Shown piece after piece: positions 26,414 to 34,528 of a stretch of 38,519 nucleotides of DNA. The notes below the pieces were generated by a model that was given only the letters and a program-made list of their open reading frames with translations, did not search any database and had not been told where the DNA came from. The position numbers and the translations under genes were made by a program. The first letter of the stretch is position 1. Every line of letters starts with the position of its first letter. Source of the DNA: an uncultured Candidatus Saccharibacteria bacterium (GTDB taxonomy: Bacteria; Patescibacteriota; Minisyncoccia; Minisyncoccales; CG1-02-41-26); NCBI GenBank assembly GCA_964562675.1, contig CAZLUG010000005.1:1-38519 (forward strand), read 5' to 3'.

Positions 26414-27298
26414 TTAAAAAAGATGACTGTTTTGTAAAGCGTAAAAACCTTGGCCAATGTTTTTTACTTTTCCTTCAATTTCCATAAAACTTAAGGTGGC
26501 AGAAACGATTTGGGGAGGAAGATTAGTTTTTTCAATAATTTTATCTGCTTGGAGGCTTTTGCTTTTTAAAACCTCAATAATCAAAGACTCTATTTTATTG
26601 TTTGGCTTTGGGCTAATCGATTTTTGCAATTTTGGTAATCCCAAATCTTGAAGAATATCACCTGCGCCCTCTACTAATTTTGCTCCCTTTTTAATCAGCT
26701 GATTGCATCCTTTTGAGTTTTCTGAATAAATTGAACCGGGGACAGCAAAGAGTTTTCTTTTTTGCTTTTTTGTCCAATCGGCAGTAATAAGAGCGCCGGA
26801 TTTTGATTTAGCTTCTACCACCAGAGTGCCTAGGCTTAAGCCGGAGATAATTCTATTTCTCTGAGGAAAAGAAAATTGTGTTCCTCGGGTGCCGGGAGGA
26901 TATTCAGAAAGTAAACATCCGCCCTGGGCTAGAATCTTTTTGGCAAGATTAAGGTTTTCTCGGGGATAAATAGTTTTATCGTCAATGCCTGTTCCCAAAA
27001 CAGCGATTGTTTTCCCCTGAGCCGCTAAAGCTCCCTGGTGGCTAAAACTATCAATCCCTCTGGCTAAGCCGCTGACGATTGTTAATCCGGCACTTGTCAA
27101 TTCCTTAGCTAAAGAGAAAGCGGTTCTTTTCCCGTATTCAGAACATCTTCGCGTACCGACAATGGCAAAACATTTTTCTTTTTCTGGCAGTTGTCCCCTG
27201 AAGTAAATAATTTTTGGCGGATTTGAGATTTTTTGCAAAAGAGACGGGTAATTTTCCTTTTCTCTATCAGAAACTTTTATGTCAAAAGATCTTTGCAT
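26414..27298 (-). CDS. dprA: DNA processing protein DprA (Smf)
   Basis: 294 aa. Rossmann-like core AIVGTRRCSEYGK, SGLARGIDSFSHQGAL, GTGIDDKTIYPREN and a C-terminal winged helix. dprA-topA adjacency as in Firmicutes. Confidence 0.93.
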   Translation of the reverse strand: MQRSFDIKVSDREKENYPSLLQKISNPPKIIYFRGQLPEKEKCFAIVGTRRCSEYGKRTAFSLAKELTSAGLTIVSGLARGIDSFSHQGALAAQGKTIAVLGTGIDDKTIYPRENLNLAKKILAQGGCLLSEYPPGTRGTQFSFPQRNRIISGLSLGTLVVEAKSKSGALITADWTKKQKRKLFAVPGSIYSENSKGCNQLIKKGAKLVEGAGDILQDLGLPKLQKSISPKPNNKIESLIIEVLKSKSLQADKIIEKTNLPPQIVSATLSFMEIEGKVKNIGQGFYALQNSHLF

Positions 27299-27304
27299 TG
27301 ATTT

Positions 27305-27333
27305 AGTTTACTATTCCAAAAGTTTTATATCAA
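27305..27333 (-). promoter_or_regulatory. candidate promoter giving a leaderless dprA-topA-tRNA-Leu transcript
   Basis: Minus strand reads TTGATA (27333-27328), 17-nt spacer, TAAACT (27310-27305), then 6 nt (AAATCA) and ATG (27298). The predicted +1 coincides with the A of the start codon. No SD is present. Confidence 0.45.
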
Positions 27334-27463
27334 GTTGGCATTGAGTGCTTATATGTACACAGCGGATTACCAGCAGAAAACTCAAGCCTCAGAATAAAAC
27401 CAAGAATTTGCTCATCAAAAAACAAAAATTCTCTCCGAATTTATTTTTTATATATTTCTTCTC

Positions 27464-27499
27464 TATTTTCCTTTAATCTTTTATTTTCCTTTAATCTTT
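27464..27499. repeat. perfect 18-bp tandem duplication spanning the mfd stop codon
   Basis: TATTTTCCTTTAATCTTT occurs twice (27464-27481 and 27482-27499). On the coding strand this reads ...KIKGK-TAA-KIKGK-TAG. Confidence 0.9.
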
Positions 27500-29472
27500 T
27501 GGTCATTGCGTTGAACTTTTACTCTTTCTACCGCACTGGCTAACATTTGGCAATAGAGATTAAGCCCTATTTTATTAATATTGCCAGATTGCTCCTTGCC
27601 TAAAATGTTTCCCGCTCCCCGAATTTCCAAGTCCCGCAGAGCTATTTTATAGCCCGAACCTATTTCTTCCGCTTCCTTTAAAGCCTTAAATCTTTTTTTG
27701 GTTAAGTCATTCAGTTTTGCCCGTTTAGGATAAAGAAAATAGGCAAAACTTTGAGTATTTGACCGGCCAACCCGTCCTCTTATTTGATAAGTTTGGGCTA
27801 ATCCAAGATTTCTAGCATCGTCTACAACAAGGGTATTAACGTTCGGCAGGTCTAAACCATTTTCAATGATGGTCGTTGTTAAAAGTAAATCGATTTTTCG
27901 TTTCTGGAAATCTTCCATGATCTTGAGAATTTTGTTTTCTTGAAGTTTTGCGTGGAGAATAGTAATCCGCGCTTGAGTTCCAAGTTTTTCTAAGTCGTTC
28001 TTAACTTGGCTGATATTGCTGATTTTGTTATGCAAAAAATAAATTTGGCCTTTTCTCTGCAATTCAAACTCAATAGCCTTTTTAATAATCTTTTTTGTTT
28101 GAGGCAGGATATAAGTTTTAATATTTTTCCGGCCGGGTGGGGGAGTTTGGATAAAAGATATATTTTTTAAGGAAGACAAGGAAAGATATAATGTGCGAGG
28201 AATTGGTGTAGCAGAAAGGCTGAGGATATCTAGAGATGGTTTAATCTTTCGAAAATATTCTTTTTGCTTGACGCCAAATTTCTGTTCATCATCAATAATT
28301 AAAAGTTGGAGATTAGAGAACTGCAAAAGAGGGGAGAGAATCTTGTGCGTCCCAATTAAAATATCAATTTTGCCTTCTTTAATTCCTTTTTGGATTTCTT
28401 GAGTTTCGCGCTTTGTTTGGATTCTTGAAAGCAAGGCGGTTTTAATAGGAAATCCCTTTAATCTTTCAGTAAAAGTTTGGAAGTGTTGGCTGGCAAGAAT
28501 TGTAGTAGGCGCAAGCAGGGCAACTTGATAGCCATTGTTGACGGCCCGAATCGCTGCCCTTAAAGCTATCTCGGTTTTGCCAAAACCCACGTCGCCGCAA
28601 ATTATTCTATCTAATGGTTGAATTTTTCTAAAATCTTTCTCTATGTCTTTTAAAGCGCTGGCTTGATCTGGAGTAAGCTGATAAGAAAACCTTTCGATAA
28701 TTTCTTTTTCTAATTCGTCTGCTTCTTTGTAAACTTCTCTGGTCGCTATTTCTTTTTTAGAGTAAAGGGTTAATAACTCTTTGGCTAGTTTTTCGATATC
28801 TTCTTTGACTTTTCTCTTTGTTCTTTGCCAAAGAGTTGACCCTAACCTTGAGACTTTTGGTTCTTGAAAACCAACGTAGCGAGAAAGCTTTCTTTCTAAA
28901 CCAATGGGGACATATAATTTGTCGCCGCCGGCGTATTTTAACACATAATAGTCCTGAGCCAGGGAATAGCGATTCGGCAATTTTTCTTTTCCTTCAAATT
29001 TCCCCACGCCGTGGTCTAAATGAACTAGATAATCTCCGGGTTTTAGGTTATGTAGGTCGGAAAATATTTTTTCTGATTTTAATTTTCGTTTGAGAAGATC
29101 TTTTTGAGTTTCTTCATCGAGAGTTTTAATATTCAGTTTTTCAATATTTTCTAATTGGTTTCCCAAAAAATCTAACCTTAAAGCGGTACTTAAATTGATG
29201 GGAAAAATTTCTACTACCCCTCCATTTTGACTAAATTCGCCGGGCTCTCTTACCTTGAAGACCTTTTCGTATCCCATTTCATCAAACTTTCTGAGAAGAT
29301 TTGAGAGTTTTACTAATTGTCCTTTTTCTAAAAATATCGTATTATTTTGCCAAAAAGAATGAATCTGCCTGGCTTGTAAAATACGAGAAAGATTTTTTTT
29401 GAACCAGAAATTACCCCTTTCTAAGAAATAAGGGGTAAAGCTGACAATTAAGGCGTTTACTGTTTTTTCCAT
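27481..29472 (-). CDS. mfd: transcription-repair coupling factor, compact form
   Basis: 663 aa. CarD/TRCF RNAP-interaction domain (KPGDYLVHLDHGVGKFEG...YVLKYAGGDKLYVP). SF2 translocase (GDVGFGKTEIALRA, IIDDEQKFG, RGRVGRS). Lies downstream of pth, as in many bacteria. Confidence 0.9.
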   Translation of the reverse strand: MEKTVNALIVSFTPYFLERGNFWFKKNLSRILQARQIHSFWQNNTIFLEKGQLVKLSNLLRKFDEMGYEKVFKVREPGEFSQNGGVVEIFPINLSTALRLDFLGNQLENIEKLNIKTLDEETQKDLLKRKLKSEKIFSDLHNLKPGDYLVHLDHGVGKFEGKEKLPNRYSLAQDYYVLKYAGGDKLYVPIGLERKLSRYVGFQEPKVSRLGSTLWQRTKRKVKEDIEKLAKELLTLYSKKEIATREVYKEADELEKEIIERFSYQLTPDQASALKDIEKDFRKIQPLDRIICGDVGFGKTEIALRAAIRAVNNGYQVALLAPTTILASQHFQTFTERLKGFPIKTALLSRIQTKRETQEIQKGIKEGKIDILIGTHKILSPLLQFSNLQLLIIDDEQKFGVKQKEYFRKIKPSLDILSLSATPIPRTLYLSLSSLKNISFIQTPPPGRKNIKTYILPQTKKIIKKAIEFELQRKGQIYFLHNKISNISQVKNDLEKLGTQARITILHAKLQENKILKIMEDFQKRKIDLLLTTTIIENGLDLPNVNTLVVDDARNLGLAQTYQIRGRVGRSNTQSFAYFLYPKRAKLNDLTKKRFKALKEAEEIGSGYKIALRDLEIRGAGNILGKEQSGNINKIGLNLYCQMLASAVERVKVQRNDQKIKGK

Positions 29473-29576
29473 TCTATATTGTTTTTATTGTTTTTTTATT
29501 TTGAAATTATTCCGAAGTCAATTTTTACACGAAATATTCTTTTAGTAAAGGTTTTTGCCCAAAAACCCCTTCTTTT

Positions 29577-30155
29577 TTATTTAGAGCTAGCATTAACTTT
29601 GGTCATCGCTTTTTCTATCCCTGCGGTAATTATTATTTTTAAAGCTTCTTCGGCCCGGATAGTTAGTTCTTTCACCTGTTTTTTTATTCTCCGGGGAAAT
29701 TTTCTCAAGACAAATTTGTTTAAAGATTTAGATTTTTTTTCCTCAAACCAGCTGCCAAGGCGAAGGCGGATAAAGTTTTTGCTCCCGACGGCTTTTATAA
29801 TTGATTCCACCCCTTTATGGCCCGCTGAGCCGTGATTTTTAGAAATACGCATTTCTCCAAACAGTAAATCCGTTTCGTCGTGAACGAGAATCAGATTATC
29901 AAGAGAGAGATGCAGTTTAGTAATTATTTTCTTTGCTGCTTGGCCGGAATTATTCATGAATGTTTGAGGTTTAGCTAGAATGATAAGTTTTTTACCAAGA
30001 TAACCCTTGGTAATTTCAGCGTTAAACTGTTTCTCTCTCTTAAAGTAAGGAAAATGATTTTTTTCTCTGAATTTATCTAACGCCAAAAACCCAAGATTAT
30101 GAGGTGTATTCTGGAAATTTTTCCCTGGATTACCCAATCCTATTATGAGAATCAT
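29577..30155 (-). CDS. pth: peptidyl-tRNA hydrolase
   Basis: The ORF is open from TTG 30176, but ATG 30155 gives the canonical MILIIGLGNPG...TPHNLGF. Contains VHDETDL and GGHKGVESI-like GSAGHKGVESI. Confidence 0.95.
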   Translation of the reverse strand: MILIIGLGNPGKNFQNTPHNLGFLALDKFREKNHFPYFKREKQFNAEITKGYLGKKLIILAKPQTFMNNSGQAAKKIITKLHLSLDNLILVHDETDLLFGEMRISKNHGSAGHKGVESIIKAVGSKNFIRLRLGSWFEEKKSKSLNKFVLRKFPRRIKKQVKELTIRAEEALKIIITAGIEKAMTKVNASSK

Positions 30156-30252
30156 AAATTTGAGAAAGTGGAACAATTAGCAAAAATAGAATTTTTCCAA
30201 AACGGCTAGAATTTTCAAAAATTTCCCTGACTCTTACCGGAAATTTAGATTA

Positions 30253-30261
30253 ATTATACCA
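30253..30261 (-). promoter_or_regulatory. candidate extended -10 promoter for pth-mfd
   Basis: Minus strand reads TGGTATAAT (TGn plus a perfect TATAAT). It lies about 90 nt upstream of the pth ATG in the divergent intergenic region. The -35 is weak (TTCCAA). Confidence 0.4.
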
Positions 30262-30265
30262 TTAC

Positions 30266-30293
30266 TTGCTAAATTTGGAAATTTTGATATAAT
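30266..30293 (+). promoter_or_regulatory. promoter for the lepB-hisS operon (near-leaderless)
   Basis: TTGCTA (30266-30271), 16-nt spacer ending in TGa (30285-30287), then TATAAT (30288-30293). 8 nt lie between the -10 box and ATG 30302. Confidence 0.55.
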
Positions 30294-30301
30294 CAAAAAA
30301 T

Positions 30302-30850
30302 ATGAAACGCTCACTTTTATTTGCTTTCGAGACCTTTAAGATTGTTATTTTAGCTTTAGCGATTGTTATCCCAATTCGCTATTTTCTGTTTCAGCCATTT
30401 TTAGTTAAGGGGTATTCAATGGAGCCTAATTTTGATAATGGTGATTATCTTATGGTTGATGAAGTTTCGTATCATTTTCGGGCGCCAAAAAGAGGAGAGG
30501 TTATTGTATTTCATTATCCCCGCAATCCTTCAGAACTTTTTATTAAGCGAATCATCGGATTACCAAATGAAACAGTCATTATTGATAATGACACGATTTC
30601 TATTATTAAACCAAATAATAAGAAAGAAATTCTGAACGAATCAAATTACCTCCCTTTTTCTGATAAAACTTTTGGGAGAGTAGAAATGAAGCTGAAAAGT
30701 AATCAGTACTTTGTTCTAGGAGATAATAGAATGAATTCTTCTGATTCGCGAATTTGGGGGCCAGTTCCAAGGAGAGAAATAATCGGGAGAGTTTTCTTAA
30801 GGGGGTTTCCCTTGACAAATATTTCTATTTTTACCGCTCCTATTTATTAA
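30302..30850 (+). CDS. lepB: signal peptidase I
   Basis: 182 aa. N-terminal TM helix, catalytic-Ser box VKGYSMEPNF, Lys box IKRIIGLPNE and GDNRMNSSDSR. Confidence 0.93.
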   Translation: MKRSLLFAFETFKIVILALAIVIPIRYFLFQPFLVKGYSMEPNFDNGDYLMVDEVSYHFRAPKRGEVIVFHYPRNPSELFIKRIIGLPNETVIIDNDTISIIKPNNKKEILNESNYLPFSDKTFGRVEMKLKSNQYFVLGDNRMNSSDSRIWGPVPRREIIGRVFLRGFPLTNISIFTAPIY

Positions 30851-30856
30851 ATAATT

Positions 30857-32137
30857 ATGGTGAAAAAACCAAACTTTCAGACACCTTCCGGAATGCATGA
30901 TATTCTTCCAGAAGACGAGGTATACTATAACGAGGTTTTAAGGGTTGCCAAAGAGGTGGCTGATTTTTATGGATTTCAGAAGATAGAGACACCTATTTTA
31001 GAAGATACTCAACTTTTTGAAAAAGGCACAGGTTTTTCAACAGATGTTGTGCAAAAACAAATGTTCAGCTTGCGCACTCTTGGGGGAGACCACTTGACTC
31101 TGCGGCCAGAAGGAACACCAGGAGTGGTGAGAGCCTATATTCAACACGGGATGAGAGCCTTGCCAAAACCAGTTAATCTTTGGTATTTCGGCCCGTTTTT
31201 TCGATACGAACGTCCCCAAGCCGGCCGTTATCGTCAATTTTATCAATTTGGATTTGAAAGTTTTGGGATTGATAAGAGTATTATAGATGTACAGATTATT
31301 CAGGTGTTTTACGATATTCTGAAAGAACTTGGATTTAAATCTTTGATTGTTGAAGTGAACACATTAGGAGATTCTTGCTGCCGCCCCGCGTATCGAAAGA
31401 GTTTAGTAAGTTACTTTCGGAGTTATCGAAATTCCTTATGCAAAGACTGCCAAAGGAGATTAAAAGAAAATCCATTAAGAATTCTTGATTGCAAGCAGGA
31501 AAAATGCCAAAGAATTTCGAGAGGCGCTCCTCAAATGGTTGATTTTTTGTGTCCGGAATGCCATAATCATTTTCAATCATTATTAGAATCTTTAGAAGCT
31601 TTAAAACTGCCTTATCGGTTAAATCCTTATTTGGTGCGAGGATTAGATTATTACACTAGAACAGTTTTCGAAATCTATGACACTTCCCCAAAAGATAAAT
31701 CTTCTCAAATTGCTTTGGTAGGAGGGGGGAGGTATGATAAGTTAGTGAAGCTTCTAAGGGGTAAAGATACACCGGCTTGCGGAGGGGCTGGAGGAGTGGA
31801 AAGAATTATAGAACTTTTGAAGACAATGAGAGAAAAAAAGCTATCTCCCAAAAAACCCGTAGTTTTTTTAGCTCAGGTTGGCAAGCTAGCGAAAAATAAA
31901 TCTTTAGGGGTTTTAGAAAGTTTGCGGAAACATAATGTCAAGGCAACCCAAGCCCTCTATAAAAATTCTTTGACCGCTCAATTAGCTTTGGCCAATAAAT
32001 TAGGCGTAGAATACGTTCTTATTTTAGCCCAAAAAGAAGCCCTAGAAGATAAAATTATTATTAAGTCAATGAAGAACGGTCGACAAAAAACGGTGAATAT
32101 AAAAGATATTGCTCAAGCGCTAAAAAACAAGTTATAA
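30857..32137 (+). CDS. hisS: histidine--tRNA ligase
   Basis: 426 aa. GMHDILPE, LRPEGTPGVVRAY, FRYERPQAGRYRQFYQFG, GGGRYD and a C-terminal anticodon-binding domain. Confidence 0.96.
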   Translation: MVKKPNFQTPSGMHDILPEDEVYYNEVLRVAKEVADFYGFQKIETPILEDTQLFEKGTGFSTDVVQKQMFSLRTLGGDHLTLRPEGTPGVVRAYIQHGMRALPKPVNLWYFGPFFRYERPQAGRYRQFYQFGFESFGIDKSIIDVQIIQVFYDILKELGFKSLIVEVNTLGDSCCRPAYRKSLVSYFRSYRNSLCKDCQRRLKENPLRILDCKQEKCQRISRGAPQMVDFLCPECHNHFQSLLESLEALKLPYRLNPYLVRGLDYYTRTVFEIYDTSPKDKSSQIALVGGGRYDKLVKLLRGKDTPACGGAGGVERIIELLKTMREKKLSPKKPVVFLAQVGKLAKNKSLGVLESLRKHNVKATQALYKNSLTAQLALANKLGVEYVLILAQKEALEDKIIIKSMKNGRQKTVNIKDIAQALKNKL

Positions 32138-32162
32138 CAGGCGAGAAGAGAAATTGTGAAAT

Positions 32163-32492
32163 ATGGATTGTATTTTTTGCAAAATTGTTAAAAAAGAATT
32201 ACCAGCTGAAATAATATACGAAAGCGATAAAATTTTAGCTTTTAAAGACTTACACCCAAAAGCTCCTTTTCATGTTCTTGTTATTCCCAAACGCCATATT
32301 GATTCGGTGAAAAGTCTGACTGAGCAAGACAAAGACTTAATTGGCGATTTAATCTTGACCGCTCAAAAAATTGCCAAGAAAAATAATCTCTCTGGCTACA
32401 AAATTATTTTTAACGTTGGTAAGGAAGGAGGGCAAATAATCAACCACTTGCATTTACACCTTTTAGCGGGGAAGCCTATTGGATTACCCTAA
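32163..32492 (+). CDS. HIT family (histidine triad) nucleotide hydrolase
   Basis: 109 aa. CIFCKI N-terminus and the histidine triad NHLHLHLL. Confidence 0.92.
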   Translation: MDCIFCKIVKKELPAEIIYESDKILAFKDLHPKAPFHVLVIPKRHIDSVKSLTEQDKDLIGDLILTAQKIAKKNNLSGYKIIFNVGKEGGQIINHLHLHLLAGKPIGLP

Positions 32493-32560
32493 AAGTTAAT
32501 CAACGTTCATTGCCGTTATCAAATTTAGCAACCATAATTAATATTAATATTTCGAGAATT

Positions 32561-32779
32561 ATGCCTTTAGAAGTTTACAAACAAAGACAAGAAAATTCCC
32601 ATAATTTATTCCGCCGCTTTTCCCGAAGAATAAGATACAGCCGTATCTTAAGGGAAGCTCGCCGGAGACAGTTTAAACTTAGGAATAAAAGTGAACAGCT
32701 TAAGAAAAGATCAGCGCTTCGGAAAGTGGCAAGAAAAAAGGAATACGAAATTCTTAAGAAACTCGGTTTAAAAAGATAG
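32561..32779 (+). CDS. rpsU: 30S ribosomal protein S21
   Basis: ATG 32561 gives 72 aa: MPLEVYKQRQENSHNLFRRFSRRIRYSRILREARRRQFKLRNKSEQLKKRS. This matches the bS21 size and basic pattern. The ORF-track extension from TTG 32510 is probably not translated. Confidence 0.88.
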   Translation: MPLEVYKQRQENSHNLFRRFSRRIRYSRILREARRRQFKLRNKSEQLKKRSALRKVARKKEYEILKKLGLKR

Positions 32780-32798
32780 ACTGGGAGCTTTAACCTTT

Positions 32799-33260
32799 AT
32801 GGCTGAGAGAAAGATTATTATTAAAAACTTTACAAGATTTAAACTTGATAACTCTCTTTTTAAAAAGACCATTCAATATTTGTTCAGCCAGGAAAAAAGA
32901 AAGGGAGTTGCCACTCTTTCCCTCTTATTTGTCGGCGCGCGGCGAATGAGAAAGCTTAATAAAAATTACCGCAAGAAAGACAAAGTGACAGATGTTTTAA
33001 CTTTTGATTTACGGAAGGGATTAAAGTTCCCTGGGATCAGCGCCAGCCAAAAAGATGAAGGAGAGATTGTTATTTGTTTGACTGAAGTTAGAGCGGAGGC
33101 CAGAAAACTCCATCTTCCTTTTAAACAAATCATAATCAAAGTTTTAATCCACGGATTGTTGCATCTTTTGGGTTATACCCACGAACACTCTTCTAGAAAA
33201 GCCAAGATAATGCAGCTTCGAGAGAAAAAATACTTCACTTTTATTATAGATAGTTTATAA
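32799..33260 (+). CDS. ybeY: rRNA maturation endoribonuclease YbeY
   Basis: 153 aa. Metal-binding motif HGLLHLLGYTHE and TDVLTF. Confidence 0.93.
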   Translation: MAERKIIIKNFTRFKLDNSLFKKTIQYLFSQEKRKGVATLSLLFVGARRMRKLNKNYRKKDKVTDVLTFDLRKGLKFPGISASQKDEGEIVICLTEVRAEARKLHLPFKQIIIKVLIHGLLHLLGYTHEHSSRKAKIMQLREKKYFTFIIDSL

Positions 33261-33279
33261 TTATATAATACTTATCTCT

Positions 33280-34509
33280 ATGAAGCATCGTTTTGCTACC
33301 GCAATTGATATTGGCACGAGTTCAGTGAAAACTCTGATTGCCACCCAAGCCCAAGACGGAGGAAAGATTAAAATTTTGGGCAAGGGCGAAACTCCTTCTT
33401 CCGGTTTAAGAAGAGGAGAGGTTGATAATTTAGGGGAGGTTACGGCGGTGGTCAACGATTCTTTAAGCCAAGCCCAAAAAGAGTCTGGCATTAAAGTTAG
33501 AAGTTGTGTTTGTAGTATCAATGGGTCTCATCTTTTTTCTACTCTCTCGCAAGGGCTTGTTTCGGTTTCTAGAGCAGACCAAAAGATTTCCACCGAAGAT
33601 ATTGAAAGAGTTATTCATCAAGCAGAAAATATTAATTTGCCTTCGAATAAGGAAATTTTAGAATCTTTACCAATAGAATTTATCGTTGACGGAGAAAAAG
33701 GAATTCAAAAAGCCCTCGGGCTTCAAGGAGCAAGATTAGAAGCAAAAGTTCTGCTTATTTGTGCTTTCTCTCCGGTGATGGAGAACTTAACAAAGAGTGT
33801 TTTGAATGCAGGGTTAAAAATTAACGATATTATTCCCTCATCTTTGGCTTCGGCGGAAGCATGTTTAACTCATCGGGAAAAAGAACTAGGAGTAGTGTTA
33901 GTTGATATTGGGAGTACAACTTTAGGAATTTCGGTTTTTGAAGAAGGGCACTTAATAGATTTTGCTGTTTTCCCTTTGGGCTCTGCAAATATTACTAATG
34001 ATATTGCTTTAGGGTTAAGGGTGGATATAGATACAGCTGAACGGATAAAGAAGGAATTTGTGGTGGCTGCGCATCAAAGGACCAAAACTCGCAGTTTGAA
34101 GAAAAAACAGCAGCAAACTAAAATTCGGGTTTCCGAAAAACCTTTTAGTTTTTCAAAAAAAGTTTTACAGAACATTGTTGAATTAAGGCTTTCAGACATT
34201 TTTGAACAGGTTCAAAAAGAACTAAAAAAGGTATCTCGCCAGGAGCTTTTACCGGGGGGAGTGGTTTTAACTGGAGGAGGGGCAAAACTCAAAGGGATAG
34301 CCGATTATGCTAAAAGGAAATTAAAACTTCCCTCCAGAATTGGTTTTCCGTTGGGGGTTGAAGGGGTAGAGAAGGACCCAAGCTTTTCCGCCGCTGCCGG
34401 CCTTTTATTCAGCGAAGTAGAAGAACTGCCAAACATTAAAGCGGGGGAGCAAAATCATTCTGGATTTTTTCGGAAGATAAAAAATATTTTCAACATTTTC
34501 AAGACTTAA
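33280..34509 (+). CDS. ftsA: cell division protein FtsA
   Basis: 409 aa. Actin-fold motifs AIDIGTSSVK, VLVDIGSTTLGISVF and VVLTGGGAKLKG. C-terminal amphipathic membrane-targeting helix GFFRKIKNIFNIFKT. Confidence 0.95.
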   Translation: MKHRFATAIDIGTSSVKTLIATQAQDGGKIKILGKGETPSSGLRRGEVDNLGEVTAVVNDSLSQAQKESGIKVRSCVCSINGSHLFSTLSQGLVSVSRADQKISTEDIERVIHQAENINLPSNKEILESLPIEFIVDGEKGIQKALGLQGARLEAKVLLICAFSPVMENLTKSVLNAGLKINDIIPSSLASAEACLTHREKELGVVLVDIGSTTLGISVFEEGHLIDFAVFPLGSANITNDIALGLRVDIDTAERIKKEFVVAAHQRTKTRSLKKKQQQTKIRVSEKPFSFSKKVLQNIVELRLSDIFEQVQKELKKVSRQELLPGGVVLTGGGAKLKGIADYAKRKLKLPSRIGFPLGVEGVEKDPSFSAAAGLLFSEVEELPNIKAGEQNHSGFFRKIKNIFNIFKT

Positions 34510-34528
34510 TTCTCTTTTGCTTGAATTT

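Noticed and set aside
29550-29567. GGTTTTT/AAAAACC hairpin 10 nt downstream of the pth stop, as a terminator.
   Set aside because: The stem is 7 bp and almost all A-U, with only a short U-run on the minus strand. pth-mfd co-transcription is the conserved arrangement, so at best this is an attenuating structure.
29479-29835. 118-aa plus-strand ORF antisense to pth. The same applies to other antisense or alternative-frame ORFs in the track (33261-33521, 35059-35445, 28193-28402, 28818-29093, 20201-20404, 30432-30635 and similar).
   Set aside because: Each lies within a well-supported conserved gene on the other strand or frame and has an F/L/I/S-rich composition expected from AT-rich antisense sequence.
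30812-30819. Fourth TTGACAAA copy inside the lepB 3' end, as a hisS promoter.
   Set aside because: No -10-like hexamer lies at 16-18 nt spacing (the candidates are at 8 and 23 nt). hisS starts 6 nt after the lepB stop, consistent with operon read-through.
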